Positions 26,770 through 40,498 are shown, numbered from the stretch's first letter. The stretch: 64,000 bases of DNA from Eledone cirrhosa (GCA_964016885.1 OZ024742.1:232996001-233060000), one strand, 5' to 3'. The notes: generated by a model not told the origin, from the letters alone. Numbers and translations are program-made.

Positions 26770-27709
26770 CTGTTGATGGGAATACTGAGTGAAAGGAATA
26801 TCTTTTAAGAATTCAACAATCCTATGCTGTTTTTCTGATTGTTTCTGGGACATTAATAAACCAATGTTGGGTTGAACGGTTTTCTTTTTTTTCTTCATAA
26901 TTATATCATCTTGTTCAAATCGAGCTTTTTGAAAACAAATTACATTTGCAGATTTGGAAAATTCTGAATCTGAGTTTTCATGGTTGGCTGAGACACCTGA
27001 AGATAGCAGAGATGACACATTTTTTTCTGGATTTATATTATTACTATTAATATTCCAATGAATTTTGTGATCTTTTATAGGAAATTCCTCATTTTTATTT
27101 CTTTGAAGACATGAGGCACTAATTCCTCTTTCTGAATATTCAGGGCAGGTTTCAAGATAATTAATATTCTTCTTCTTGTGGTACACAGTAGGTGTAATGC
27201 AATCAGGCTGTTTTGTAGAATCTGGAATGGTGTTTCTTATATTGGTTTCTTGAACTTTTTTTGAGGCTAAATATTTTCTAGATGTTCCCTTTGAACTTAG
27301 ATGACTTTTATATTCAGCAACAGTTACATCACTTTGAATTTCATTTTCATGATTCTTTTCTATTGTTTGACAAGAAAATGGTTTAGAAGGTTTAATACAT
27401 TTCTGTACTACTTTTTCTACAGTCTTATCACCAGAAACCACTGCATATTCAATATCTGATACACTATTTTTGTCTGAACTAAGTGTTGATTTGAAATTAT
27501 TTCCTTTAGAATAGGATGTGTGTGCTGATGGTTGACAACCTTTAAATATTGGTTTATTAATTGATTCTATATCTTTATTTTCCAAGACAGCTCTCTCATT
27601 AATAGTTCTTTTACTATCTGGCAATGAAATGCCTATTTTACGATATGGAGTTTTGAAATCAGACACTTTTGTATTGAGTGATGGGTTAGCAGTACATTTC
27701 TTAAAATTG
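26770..27709 (-). CDS. BRCA2: BRCA2 exon leading into the DNA-binding helical domain
   Basis: 310-aa ORF; tttcag|CAAT...CAACAG|gttagt; phase 2-0. Ends QPNIGLLMSQK...YSHQQ (human PQPGSLYLAK...CSHKQ). Confidence 0.9.
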
Positions 27710-29053
27710 CTGAAAAGAAAAAAAAAGTAATTTATTACGTTTTAGTAAATTAAAACAATAGTTTTAATCAAATAAATAACAATTCACAGAGACTTTATAA
27801 TTTTTAGCATGTTTATTTTCTAATTAAGTAATTCGACTGATATTATTTGACTAGAAATGAAAGAGGCTTACAAGAGTTGTGTCAAGGGTTATTGAAAATA
27901 CAACAGGGAAACAATACTTGATGTAGTAACACTAGAAATTTAATTAGTTAAAATTACAGTTATGAGAAGAATTGTTATCTAAATGACTAATTTTGATTAA
28001 AAAGAATAAAGGAGACAGAAAATGTATGAAGCCTATCACATATATCATCTTTTTAATGTCCAGTATTTTATACGTGCATGGGTTGGACAATATAGATATT
28101 TATATATGTGTGTATTTGTATATGTACATATGTATATATACGTGTGCAGCATCTGTGTGTGTTTGATGGTCTCAATGTTTTTGCTTTACATTTGAAACTG
28201 CTGGTGGCAACATTTGTTCATGTCTCACATAAATAAAAGTCTTAATGCTCAATGGTAGTGGTTTGATGTGCAAAAAGTGGTTTGTCTCAAAAAAAAAAAA
28301 AAAAAAAAAGATACAGGTTGACATCAGGAATGGAAACTGACAGTAGAATATGGCCTCAAAAAGTTTCATCCAATTCATGTTAGCATTGAAAAACAGACAA
28401 AAATAATGAAGCTGATGATGGTTATGATATTATATACAATATGTTATATTAATAGTTCAACATTTTGTATTGATACATATTAATATACTTTACATAGTTC
28501 GAAGTTAAGACAATGCTAGTAAAAAAAATTGAAGTACAATGGTTTGCAAGCACAAAGAATGAGTTTGTAGGGAAAGAATGGAGACAATGGAGGATACTGT
28601 TCAGTCATATCAATAGCAATCCCTCTAGGGGTGGTGACACAATAAAACACATCCAATCTACACTGTAAAGTGGTTTATGCAACAAAGCTGGACAGCTTTT
28701 CTGTTGTGTATACCAAATAATGAAAATGCTCGGCCAGTGGTGAGAAGAATCATGGAGTGTAGCAAAACAAAAGACCACAGTGGATAGGGAGATGAAGGAC
28801 CATAACTGCTTCTATTCAACCTATGCCAACATGGAAAAATGGACATAAAATGAGGATGATAATGATGAACACATTCCATGTTCAGCAAATTCAGGTTTAG
28901 AAAATGTGTTGCAGAATATTTCAATAAAAAATTGTTTTCAATGACTTTATATTTGAAGCGTCTTCCATTACTACATACTGTATCAAGCCACTTCCATATT
29001 ATTGAGTTCTTGTAGCCATTAATACTGACCAGAGTCTTAGCCTTGGTCACTCT

Positions 29054-29363
29054 TGTGGGTATGGTGTGGTGTGCGGTGGCCGGAGGCTGGGGAGTGCTCG
29101 ACCGGAAGAGTGCTTGACCGGAAGGGTGCTTGGCCGGAAGGGTGCTCGACCGGAAGTGCCAGCAGGTCTGCCTCTCTCTAGGGTGGTCAGCGAACGTGGT
29201 GGACGTCAGTCTTGGAGCTCCCGGTTAACGAGTTGGATTGTACGCACGTGGGAGAGGAGAAACCAGCCATTGGATTAGTGGTGCTGGCGAAAGTGGTAAG
29301 TGAAGTAGCTTTTTCTAACCACAAGCTATTTCGGTACTGGAAACTGAGATCTTATTGAACAAG

Positions 29364-29395
<32 letters not shown>

Positions 29396-32300
29396 CTTGA
29401 AAACAAAGCTACTGGAAAAAGAGAGGAGTCTGTTGTTTTTTATTACTTACCGCAGGACAAAATTAGGATATGGCGACGAGATTACGAATGAGCGGAGAAG
29501 CGATTAGAGCATTTACCGGTGAAGGCGATGTTGTCGCTTGGCTGCGAAAAGTCCGGCTGGTCGCAAGCTTACAGAAGATAGAAGATGTGGCTGGCCTCAT
29601 GGCACTGTACCTCGAGGGGATGCGTTGGCACTCTTCCTAGAGATGGATGAACACAGCCAAAGGGATGCGCAAAAGATTGAGAGGCGCATGATGAAAGCGT
29701 TCGTGGAGGGACCGTTAGCCGCTTTTGCTAAGCTGATGACGATTAGATGGAACGATGAACGCGTTGACATTTTCGCAGCGGAAATACGGCAATTGGCCAT
29801 GTTGGCTGAATATTAGGTGGAATGCGAACGCACGGTGAAGTTGGCGTTCATAAATGGATTTCCAGACGACATAGCGGTGAAACAGCAGCAAGTCCCGGGT
29901 TACAAGGAAATGGAGATGCGTGCACTGGTGGAGCAAGCCCGCATCATAGCAGAAGATGCCAAGAAGAGTGTCGCGGCGATAGCAACTACAGAGGCCCAAG
30001 ACAGCTGGCAGCGAAATGGTGAAAGGGAGGCAACCACCGCACGCGGTCGCCCGCAAACGTTTAGAGGTCGCTGTTTTAGGTGCCAGGGCACGCACATAGC
30101 AAGAGACTGTAGAGAGTCAAGCCGGAAAAAATATGCTACCGGCGTAAGCGACCAGGCCACATCGCTACTAGCTGCGACCAGGGAAACGATCCAAGGGGAA
30201 CTACTGGGCCGGTAGTTGCCCCTTACGAGTAGAGGCGCTGCCCGTGTGAAAGTTTTCGTGAGGGGAAAGCCACAGCGAGCCCTCGTGGACACGGGCTGTA
30301 CGACAACACTGGTGACCACTGGGGTGGTGCAGAGGTGGAGAAGGAAGAGCAGCGTAAGGGCAGTCGATGGTAGAAAAATTGAATGCCGAGGTCGCAGCGA
30401 GGTGGAGATGGCGGTACGGGGAAAGAAAATAAGGCTTTCTGCCATCGTAGTCAACAACGTGGTGGATGGGATCGGCATAGTTATGGGCATGGACGCAATT
30501 GGCCGTCTAGGAGGCGTCACAGTGAACAACGTCGGTGTGTCGTTTGGCGGTGCCGCATCGGTATGCGCTGTGAGTACGCGACAGGAGAACCAGAAGGCCC
30601 ACGAGGAGAAATACCCCGCTTACACTGTGCATGGCAAAGACTTCAAAGCCGTGTTTGATGGGCAACGATGGGTTGTTGAGTGGTACTGGAAGGGAGAACC
30701 ACCAACACTGAAGACCAAAGTGGGCTGCTATCAACACACATTGAAGGGAGACATTAGGAGCGAGTTCGAGCGAGAGGTAGAGAGATGGATTGAGGAGGGC
30801 ATACTGCTTCCCTGGAAAGAGGAGGTGAAGTGCGGAGTATTGCCGTTAATGGCGGTGGCGCAACCCACGAAGAACAAGGTGAGGCCGGTACTGGACTTTC
30901 GGGAGCTGAACGAGCACGTGTCATGCGACACGGGTGGCGAAGTCACGGATGTCTGTGGGGGAAACCCTGCGTGAGTGGAGATGCATGACGGGGGCTTCTA
31001 CAATCGTCGATCTAAAGTCGGGGTATCTACAGCTACACGTGGAGGAGAAGCTGTGGCAGTATCAGCTGGTCAGGTATAAGGGCCGGACATATTGCCTGAC
31101 CAGGCTCGGCTTCGGGCTGAACTCTGCACCGAAGATCATGGTGCCGGTCCTCAAGACCATTCTGGGAAAGGCCGACAAGATGAAGAAGGCTACTAATTCC
31201 TACATTGACGACATCCTAGTGGACGAGTCTCTAGTGTCGGCAGTGGAGGTCACAAGCCATTTACAGGGGTATGGACTGGCTGCAAAGCCGTCAGAAGCGT
31301 TGGAGGGAGGAGCGGCGCTGGGACTTAGGCTACGGCGAGACAGGATGGGCGTCTTAGTATTCCAGAGGGGAAATGAAGTTCCAGAACTGGGCCCAAGTAT
31401 GAGTAGGCGGGAGCTTTTCTCGGCGTGTGGAAAGTTGGTGGGTCACTACCCAATTGCTGGGTGGCTCCGGACGGCATGCAGCTATGTCAAGAGACGAGCG
31501 GGCGGGGTGACTTGGAGTGACAGAGTGGGAGAGAGGACGGTGGCCATGATGCAGGAGATCGTGGTGAAGGCTGACGACCGAGTGCGGGGACGCTGGTATG
31601 TTCCCAAATCGCAGAGCGGGACCGTATGGTGCGATGCCAGCAGCATAGCGCTGGGTGTCACGTTGGAGATAGGAGGTGTTGAGGTCGAGGATGCAGCCTG
31701 GCTCAGGAAGGACGACTGCAACCACATCAATGTGGCCGAACTGGATGCGGTGTTGAGAGGAGTGAACCTCGCCCTGAGGTGGGGACTGCGCACCATCGAG
31801 ATACGCACCGACTCGGCTACTGTACTCGGATGGGTGAGATCAGTGCTCACCAGTGAGAAGAGAGTGCGAACGAGAGGGGCGGCGGAGATGCTGATAAAGC
31901 GTCGCCTGGGAACTTTAGGAGTGCTGGCCACCGAGTTTGACCTGAGGCTGAGCGTAGTTTTCGTGCCCTCAGAGAAAAATAGGGCGCACGTTTTAACCAG
32001 GTTGAAGAAAGCCTGGATGGAGCGCCGGAGGAGGTAGAAGAGGAGATAGCTGCCGTGTGTCGGCTGACCGAGTCGGATCTGAAAAGGTTGCATGACATGC
32101 ACCACATGGAAGTGGATAGGACTCTGTTCCTAGCCAGGAGAATCGACTCGGATGTTAACAGACACAGTGTTCAAAGAGTGGTTAGAGACTGCGTCCAATG
32201 TCAGTCCATTGATCCCGCCCCGGGTGTGCACGAAACGGGAAGCCTCCCGGTGGATTGCGACTGGAGACAATTGGCGGTGGATGTAACACATTACCGACAG

Positions 32301-33267
32301 GGAACATACCTCTCAATGGTCGACTGTGGACCGGGACGGATGGCGATGAAGACGGCCAAGGAAATCACGCGGACGTTGAGAGAGGTGTTCTTGGAGTGGG
32401 GCCCTGTGGACGAACTGCTGATGGACAACAGTGCAGTGTTCCGCTCGGAGGCGCTGAGGGAGATGCTCGATGGATGGAAGGTGGACCGTTTCTTCAGAGC
32501 AGCGAACAGGCCGAGCGGAAATGGAATCGTGAAGCGACACCACCGGACGATCAAAGCAATGGCGGAGTGGGGCCATATCTCACCAATGGAGGCAGTGTTC
32601 TGGTACAACATGTCCCCTCGGGTGGGACAGGTTGAGGAATCGGTGTCACACAGAGCAGTATTCAGATACGAGTGGTGGCACCCGCGCACGCCACCACAAC
32701 GGCCAGTGGAGAGAGAGAATGCATTCATGCAGGTGGGCGAAGAAGTCTGGGTTAAGCCCCCAGATGCATGTTGCACATCTCAATGGGGAAGGGGAACGGT
32801 GACGGCCGTAAATTCCCAGAACAATGTGTCCGTGGACGGAGTACCACGTCATGTCCTGGATGTCCGTAGAATCACTGTGTCAACGGACTCCGAGGAAGAG
32901 GAAACCCAAAGTGCCGCCCCAACACTGCGGAGATTGCAAAGAAGTCGCAAACCACCAACCTGGACAGCAGACTTTCATATGCAGCAGGACGAGGGGGAAA
33001 TTGATCCTTGAGATCTGGGGGGCATGTGGGTATGGTGTGGTGTGTGGTGTGTGGTGGCCGGAGGCTCGGGAGTGCTCGACCGGAAGTGCTTGACCGGAAG
33101 GGCCAGCAGATCTACCTCTCTCTAGGGTGGTCAGCAAACGTGGTGGACGTCAGTCTTGGAGCTCCCGGTTAACGAGTTGGATTGTATGCACGTGGGAGAG
33201 GAGAAACCAGCCATTGGATTAGCAGTGCCAGCGAAAGCAGTAAGTGAAGTAGCTTTTTCTAACCACA
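29054..33267 (+). mobile_element. Full-length, decayed Ty3/Gypsy LTR retrotransposon (antisense to BRCA2)
   Basis: LTRs 29054-29323 and 33025-33267 (TGTGG...CCACA); G-rich PPT before the 3' LTR; flanks actct/tctct. Gag CCHC (CFRCQGTHIARDC), protease LVDTG, RT YIDD, RNase H (CDAS..E..TDS) and integrase (HHCC, VDV..MDN) in PR-RT-RH-IN order, with stops and frameshifts. Confidence 0.95.
29470..33011 (+). pseudogene. gag-pol of the Gypsy element, interrupted
   Basis: Consecutive ORFs 29538-29816, 29817-30215, 30216-30974, 30934-32037 and 32055-33011, separated by stops and frameshifts. Confidence 0.9.
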
Positions 33268-35960
33268 TCTCTCATCATCATCATCCTCATTTTATGTTCC
33301 CTTTCCATGCCATGGTTTGGATGGGCTGTCACAGTCTGAAACCAAATGGGCCAAAGTGACCAATCCTGCTTGTCATGTTCCATATTTGGCATGGTTACTA
33401 CAGTAGGATGCCTTTCCTAACACCAACCACATTATACGATGTATTTTTTTGTGATATCACTTTTATTTTAAACATTTCACATTACAGTGTTGACAGGGTG
33501 CATTTTATCAAGGTACCAACACTAACACTTTACAGTATGTAATGGATGGATTTTATTGTAGCATCAAAACTTAAATTTATTCTTCCAAGTATTAAACTTC
33601 CCTTGTAGTTATTCAAGGAATTTTCATCCTCTGTTTAAAACTGTGTACTAGCCACAAACTTTAGTTTGACATTCAAAGACTTTCAGTACATGATCCATTG
33701 ATTTGAAGTTCTTGAAATATTTTCTCTTTAGTGGATCTCCATTACCCTTTTCATCATCATTACCATTTATATTCATTTTTTTCAATGTTGGCATGGGTTA
33801 TAAATGAAAATGGTATTAGCAAGGGCACACTTTACACAAGTAGATAAGTGATTCATAAGTGGTACATTAAATTATCTAATAAATACCGTATCTAAGCAAC
33901 TATCTTTGAAGGTCAGTTAATTTATTATTTATGGTCTGATTTCTAAACTTAATCCCTCTGACAGTTGTATTGAAAATTCATATTTTTGTTCATCTATCAC
34001 TCACAGTGAAACTTTCATGCTTACTTTCTCTTATAGTCAGTCAGTGGATACAGTATGGCTAAATAGCTAAGAAGTTCACTTGCTATCTTGAGTAAGTGCC
34101 TTTTAACATAGCCTTTGATTGAATCAAGCCTTGTGAATGAAATTGAGTAGACAGAAACTGCATGGAAACCCATTAGATGGACTGTACTTGTAATTCAAAG
34201 GGTCAGCCTTGTCACAATGAATCTCACTGAGAATTATGTTAAAGGTACATGCCTCTGGAATACTCAGCCACTTACACATTAATTTCATGAACAGGCTGTT
34301 CTGGAACACTCATCTTTGAAACTGGTGGAGGTCCATTTACCAGTTAGTAAGTGTGAGTGTATATATATATATTTTAGGCACACTTTCCCCTAATGAGTAG
34401 TAATTCAAAACACTATGTATCTTTTCTCAATGTTGAACCTGATATCAAGCAATACATCTAACATAACTTCCATTACTCCTCTCTTCTACTCTTTTCTTCA
34501 AGTTTGTCATCTATTTTAGTCTAATTTTTTGTACTAACAAAAGAACATTCTCGGTAGAGCTGTCCTGCTAGAGAAAGGGTCGCATGTGGTGGATAGCGAT
34601 GCGGTCACCAGATATGATGGCTAGTTGTGATATAAGTGGGCAACTGCTGCACGAATAAGAAACCCTGGACCGATAGTGGTAAACTACTAGGGGGGAGGGA
34701 GCAATGAGTGACACCTGTAGCTCCCAAGAAAACTCTCACAACCCAGTGACATAGCTACAATGTCACGAGTAAAGGCCACTTCTAAAAAATCCTAGTCTTC
34801 GTGGGTTTGACAAAGTACCAGAAAGGTGAGTGGCACGAATAAGACCACTGAAACTGAAACTACAATATGATGAGGAAACCAAGAATGAAGAATTATACTG
34901 CATCATCCTTTGCGTGTGATAACAAAGAGTGCATTCAGGCCTTAGGTAGATTGCAGTCTCCATCTCATGTTGCAAAAACTAGTGATAATCCTGTGACCAG
35001 TCCTGGAAAACTCTGATAGTCTTTTCGCCCCCTTTCACCCTACTTTTTCTACAAATCTCATTGTTTCCAACTGGTTTGGAGGTCCTACTTGTTGATAACA
35101 CACAGAAAAAAATAAGTCACAGGAAAAACTCAAGGGAGGGGAGGTTATACAGGAAAAAGTCGATTGCCAGAATCTTGGAGGTTAGATTAGTTAACAGCAC
35201 ACAAAAAAAAAGTTTTCCCCACTGAAATCGAGTAGGATATTCTATAAATTTACTGCTGTTTTTAGCAGGTCAAGCAATCACAAAGACCCCATCATTTTCT
35301 TGACTTGAGGAATGTAGTTTTGAAAAGCAAGAGTATTGGGAAAAGTTTTGTACAGGGCCCTAAAAATATGAAATACTAGGATGGTGCGTGAGAGTGATTT
35401 GGGAAACAACACAACATGCATATTAAATGGGTTATAATAAAATGATACATAACAAATTGGCAAATTTTGAGATTAATACAAAAATAACTATAGCAATGCA
35501 ATTGATTCTTTAGCTTTTAAAAAAGAAATATAACCTCCAGGATGCTATCACGAATGACTGATATCAGAGTATAAACAGCTTAGCATCTGCATAAGGTACA
35601 ATGGTATAAAGAATTTGTTGTTTGAAAGCAATGAGGATGTTACGTTGAAGCCATTTGTTACTGGTATGTATACTGTGTGTGTTAGCTAAGATGAAAGAAA
35701 CTATTGGTTGATGTGCACAGCAGACACTACTTTTATTGTGCACATGTCCCAAATAAAATACAGTTGAGTGCTTTTGTCAGCTGAAACACTGAAAATTCTC
35801 ACAACCAATGTTCTAAACCAATCAAAATACTCAGAGTAGAGAGATGTTAGCAGGAACAAAAATATATTTTTACCACATTAATTGTATGAGTAAAGAACAT
35901 TAAGCTTTACTTATAAAATTATCCTATAAAATAAGAAAAAAAAAATGAAATTGTTTTTAC

Positions 35961-36042
35961 CTCAGTGCTGTTTGATAAATGCTTGGTGAGAGTAAGGATT
36001 GGAAAGAACAGTCCTTCTTGTTAGAACTAAAATCATGTAAAT
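35961..36042 (-). CDS. BRCA2: BRCA2 exon (YLHDFSSNKKDCSFQSLLSPSIYQTAL)
   Basis: ttttag|ATTTAC...CTGAG|gtaaaa; 82 nt, phase 1-2, the phase change needed between the flanking exons. Confidence 0.7.
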
Positions 36043-36409
36043 CTAAAATAAATAAATAAAATAACAAAACAATAAAAAATAATCGTGAAAATAATTAACT
36101 GAAACAAAAAAAATCTAATGTATATGGTTGTTCGCAATTGCATGTAAAAAAAAAAAGACAGTTTGGAAAATATATATATATATATATATGTACATACATA
36201 TATGTATACAGACGTATACATATATATATGTGTGCATGTATGTATATATATATATATATATACATACTACTGTACGTCTGTATACATATATGTATGTACG
36301 TATACATGCTTATATTTAAGTAACAGCCGTACTAAGAGTGAGAAATGAAATTTTGTTTCATTTTTTCCGTTTATATATATATACATACATACATATATGT
36401 ATGTGTATA

Positions 36410-37895
36410 CCAGGTGTACCAGCAACATTGTCCACATTTGAACCTGTGTCTCAGGAATGCTTAAAGATAACAATGGAATTGTCAGGGGGCTTTCTACAAC
36501 CACTGGAATCTATTTTGAGCAAGAAAAATGTTGGTTATTCTCCAAGCTAACCAGAAGAATTTGTGATGAAGTTGATCATAGTGGAAAATGTCATTTTCAT
36601 AAATAATTAACCATAGCTCAGGATTGGGAGCTCATAAATGATAGGAATAAAATTTGAATGGAAGCTTAAAGTTTTGTTCCAAAATGCCAAATACAATACT
36701 GGAGAAAATCCTACTTGTTAGGCATCAATAGTTGCTCCTCTTTTGGCAATGACTTCCTCAACCCTTTTTCTGACTGCACTACAAGCTTTCTTAATGAATT
36801 CCTCATCAATGTCTCCCTCCCAAGACCTATGGATGGAGATTTTGAGGGCTTGCAGGTTACTTTGGGACTTCTCACGAGCTTATCTGACCAGTTCATTCCA
36901 GATGCTGAAGTTTAATGGGTTCAAATCAGGTGATGAAGGGGGACCAAGTGACGTTATCCCAAACTCATCCCTGAGCAATTCTTGAGCCACTGCACAAGTG
37001 TAACAAGGAGCTCCATCTTGTTGGAATGTAAACTTGCAATCCTTAGTAATCTTGTTGGGGTTTCCCTCGTCTCTTGACTCAAGATATTCAGAAAGTGTCC
37101 AGGTCTTTACACCTTTCAAAACCTGAACATAACAAACTCTTGTCTCAAATATGATCAATGGCATCTTTTTGCCATCACAGGCCATGCATGCGAAAATTAA
37201 TTTGGCAGGGTTTTTGCACCTGAAAATGACACTTTTGTCCCTGTTGTGAAGATCTGAAGCCAGAACGTGGCTGTTGCGTCTGTTTGTATGCGTCTCTTGG
37301 GTGAAATTCTTCTCATCTGTGTAAAAGATCAATCTAGGATTACGTTTCACTTTGTTCAAGATGACCTTCGCCCTCTCCAACCTTCTAACCTTTTGTTCTG
37401 GAGTAACAAGGTGCTTCACAAGTCTCACGTACAATTTCATTTTCAAGTCTTCTGTCACTGCTCTTTGAACTGTCATAGCTGAAACCCCTCCCTCTAGTGC
37501 CAAGCGCCTTATGGATTGAATTGGATCGCTTCTTATTGATCTCTTCAGCTCCAGATTGAAATGATCCATTATTCCCTCTCTTGATGGTTCTTAAATGGAC
37601 TTTGGAGATGGAAGCCATAGAATGAATGTTGGTACCATTACTAAAGGCCTGGATGATCTTAGCCCGTTCAACATTGCTCAATTGGGAAGATATTGTGAGG
37701 CTGGCACAAAACAATTTCAGCCTGTTCTTTTCTAGCTAAATATCTCAATAGGTATTTCACTGATACTTGCAAAATCTGGTGTCAGTATGGCCAGATGTCT
37801 TATCTGGAAACATGGAAAATTGCAAATTGATTAGTTTATTGGTTAAAATTTTTTTAAAGAATTTGTGTGTGTGACAATTTTGCTGTTACAACCGG
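36410..37895 (-). mobile_element. Tc1/mariner DNA transposon (maT/DD37D-like), decayed
   Basis: Imperfect TIRs ccaggtgtaccagcaacattgtc and (reverse complement) ccggttgtaacagcaaaattgtc, flanked by TA. Transposase ORFs 37385-37714 and 36880-37569 with FYTDEK, FQQDGAP and PPSSPDLNPL. Confidence 0.9.
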
Positions 37896-38012
37896 TATAA
37901 GAAATGTAAATCTGAGATTTTTGAATATTAATAATAATATTCAATTCATTCACAATTATGCAAACAGCCTCTTAAGCCATGTGAGTAGAACAACCTTGTC
38001 ATTCTTGCTCTT

Positions 38013-38068
38013 GAGTAGGCAAACACAAATGTTTCTGGGTGATTACCCGTCATCAGTACCTTATACTC
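38013..38068 (-). ncRNA. Minimal type I hammerhead ribozyme motif (one stem II mismatch)
   Basis: GAGU(AUA)AGGUA-CUGAUGA-CGGGU AAUC ACCCA-GAA-ACA UUUG UGU-U-UGCCU ACUC. Confidence 0.6.
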
Positions 38069-38289
38069 GGATTTGCATTTCTTGTATTCAGCCATGTAGA
38101 GCGATAAAACTATTTGTTACTTATTTGACTATGGCAAAGCCATCTATTAATCGCTTATATACATAAAACTGACTAGCCTATCTGCTGATATGCAAATTTG
38201 GCTGATCAGTAGGTCTGCTAATATGCAAATCAGGCCGATCATTAACTGTATATTCCAGAAAATATATATTTTCACTAGTTCTGTCTGGT

Positions 38290-38720
38290 CTGGTGTAGTT
38301 GTGTTGTACTGTCCTTATATTAGCAGGTTGATATTATAGGGCTTGAAATTTTCCAGCATTAAAATGCATGTTGTTGTCCTCAGCCCATTTGTATATGGCA
38401 TCCAGATCTTGTTGCAAACAAGTAGCATCAGCAGAGCTAGTGAGAGATGTTATATGTACTACTGTACAAACAGTAGTGGTCCCAAGACAATTATTGATGT
38501 TTCCTTTAAGAGGGCCGTTGGCTGCAACAATCTGGCTTCTGTCTTTTAAAAGTTATGAAGCCACTCACCTACTTTTCCAGTTATGCCGAGTCTGTGTAGT
38601 TTGTGACACATTATTTCATGGTTGACCGTGTCAAAGTCAAGATATATCTTCCTTTGTGGAGTGCTGTAGCATCAAAAAATTCCCCTGGCTTTGTTATTTG
38701 CATGTGCCTCAGTGGGGGTG
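38290..38720 (-). mobile_element. Decayed CR1/L2-like LINE RT fragment
   Basis: Reverse strand shows LGPLLF.., LQQDLD..W...N.MHFN..KF remnants. Confidence 0.6.
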
Positions 38721-39727
38721 TGAAAACACTTTTGTACTATTCATTCAGTATCTCCCTTATCCCTTGAGAATCCTTGGTCAATGAGCTATTTTTATGGAAA
38801 AGTAGACCAATCTTGCAGTGTATTGAGGCAGTCTCTTTTGTTTTAATATTTTCTATGGCCCCGGCTGTTCTCACTGCCCTCTCCTCATGGGAAAGTTTCA
38901 GTGCCTGTTTCAGATAAGGTTCCTTCTTGTTCTTCTGTTGTACATTCAACAGGTTTGAGATCTTTGTTCTTCGTTTCATAAGGATTTTCCTGTCTCCTGG
39001 AATAACATTTTTGTGTTTGTTGGCCTTTTTCTTCCAGGAGAAACTTACAGTATTTGGGTTGTATTGTTGTCATGAAATGTTGAAATTGGTGTCTATTGCA
39101 TCTGTATATGCATACTGTCTTCTCTTTGTCGGGGCAGCATGCACAAAATCAGCATACCTCCGGGACAGTGACTCCATGTGCTGTGTCATATGTTTGTATT
39201 GGTTTGGAGTGGAGAATTTTGAGCAAACCTACAGCCTGTTCCCGCTCCTCCATGCAAGCAGGTCCGCTCTCTATATATATACATATATAAACATATATGT
39301 ATGTACACACACATATATATATATATATACATATACACATATATATATATCAGAATGGAGGCGGTAAAAACCAGTTAGACCATTATTCACCAGAGTACTC
39401 GATACATGGGGTAGTAGAATGGGTAAGATGAAAAAATTCGGGACCCCAATGGCTGAGCTCCAGCTAGATCCGAACTCGGATATACACAGTAAAGTGGACG
39501 TGTAGGCGCCACAGAAAAAAAGCACCCAGCACTCACTGTAAATGAGGTTGGTGTTAGGAAGGGCATCCAGCTATAGAAATCAAGCCAGAATCAGTTCCCA
39601 TATGAGCAAGGCATGGTCAGCCGACCAGACACTGCCCACAACAGGACAACCCGTCTAACCCATGCTAGCGTAGAAGAACGGACGTAAAACGGTGATGATG
39701 ATGATGATGATGATATATATATATATA

Positions 39728-40272
39728 TGGAAGAAGTTTAGGGAGCTGCTTCCTCTGTTGACAAAGAAGGGTTTCTCCCTGCGTACGAAAGGATGGTTAT
39801 ATGCTGCCTGTGTGAGATGCATGATGCTGCATGGTAGTGAGACATGGGCAGCAACTGCAGAAGATATGCGATGGCTGGAGAGAAACGAAGCAAGTATGCT
39901 CCGTTGGATGTGCAATGCCAATGTGCATGAACGACCAAGCATAGACGAGTTGAGAAAGAAACTGGGTATAAGAGGGATAAGTTGTGGTGTGCAGGAGAGA
40001 AGGCTGAGATGGTATGGACATGTGATGCGCATGGAGGATGACCGCTGAGTAAAGAAGTGCCAAGAAATCCAAGTAGAAGGAAGACACAGTAGAGGAAGAC
40101 CATGAAAAACATGGGCGGAGGTGGTGAGAGCAGACCTCAGATCACTGAAAATCACCGAGGAGATGATGAAGGACCGTTACAAGTGGAGAGATGCTGTGCT
40201 GAATAGGACCCGTCCAACCCTTGCAAGCAGGGAAAAGCGGACGTAAAATGATGATGATGATGATGATGATGA
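39728..40272 (+). mobile_element. RTE LINE 3' fragment (same family as 22410-22970)
   Basis: WKKFRELLPLLTKKGFSLRTKG...RLRWYGHVMRM; near-identical 3' tail. Confidence 0.92.
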
Positions 40273-40286
40273 TATATATGTATATA

Positions 40287-40337
<51 letters not shown>

Positions 40338-40361
40338 GTATATATACATATATGTATATAC

Positions 40362-40392
<31 letters not shown>

Positions 40393-40463
40393 TATATATA
40401 TATACACATATGTATATATACACATGAATACACATATATATACACATATGTATACATATATAT

Positions 40464-40498
<35 letters not shown>

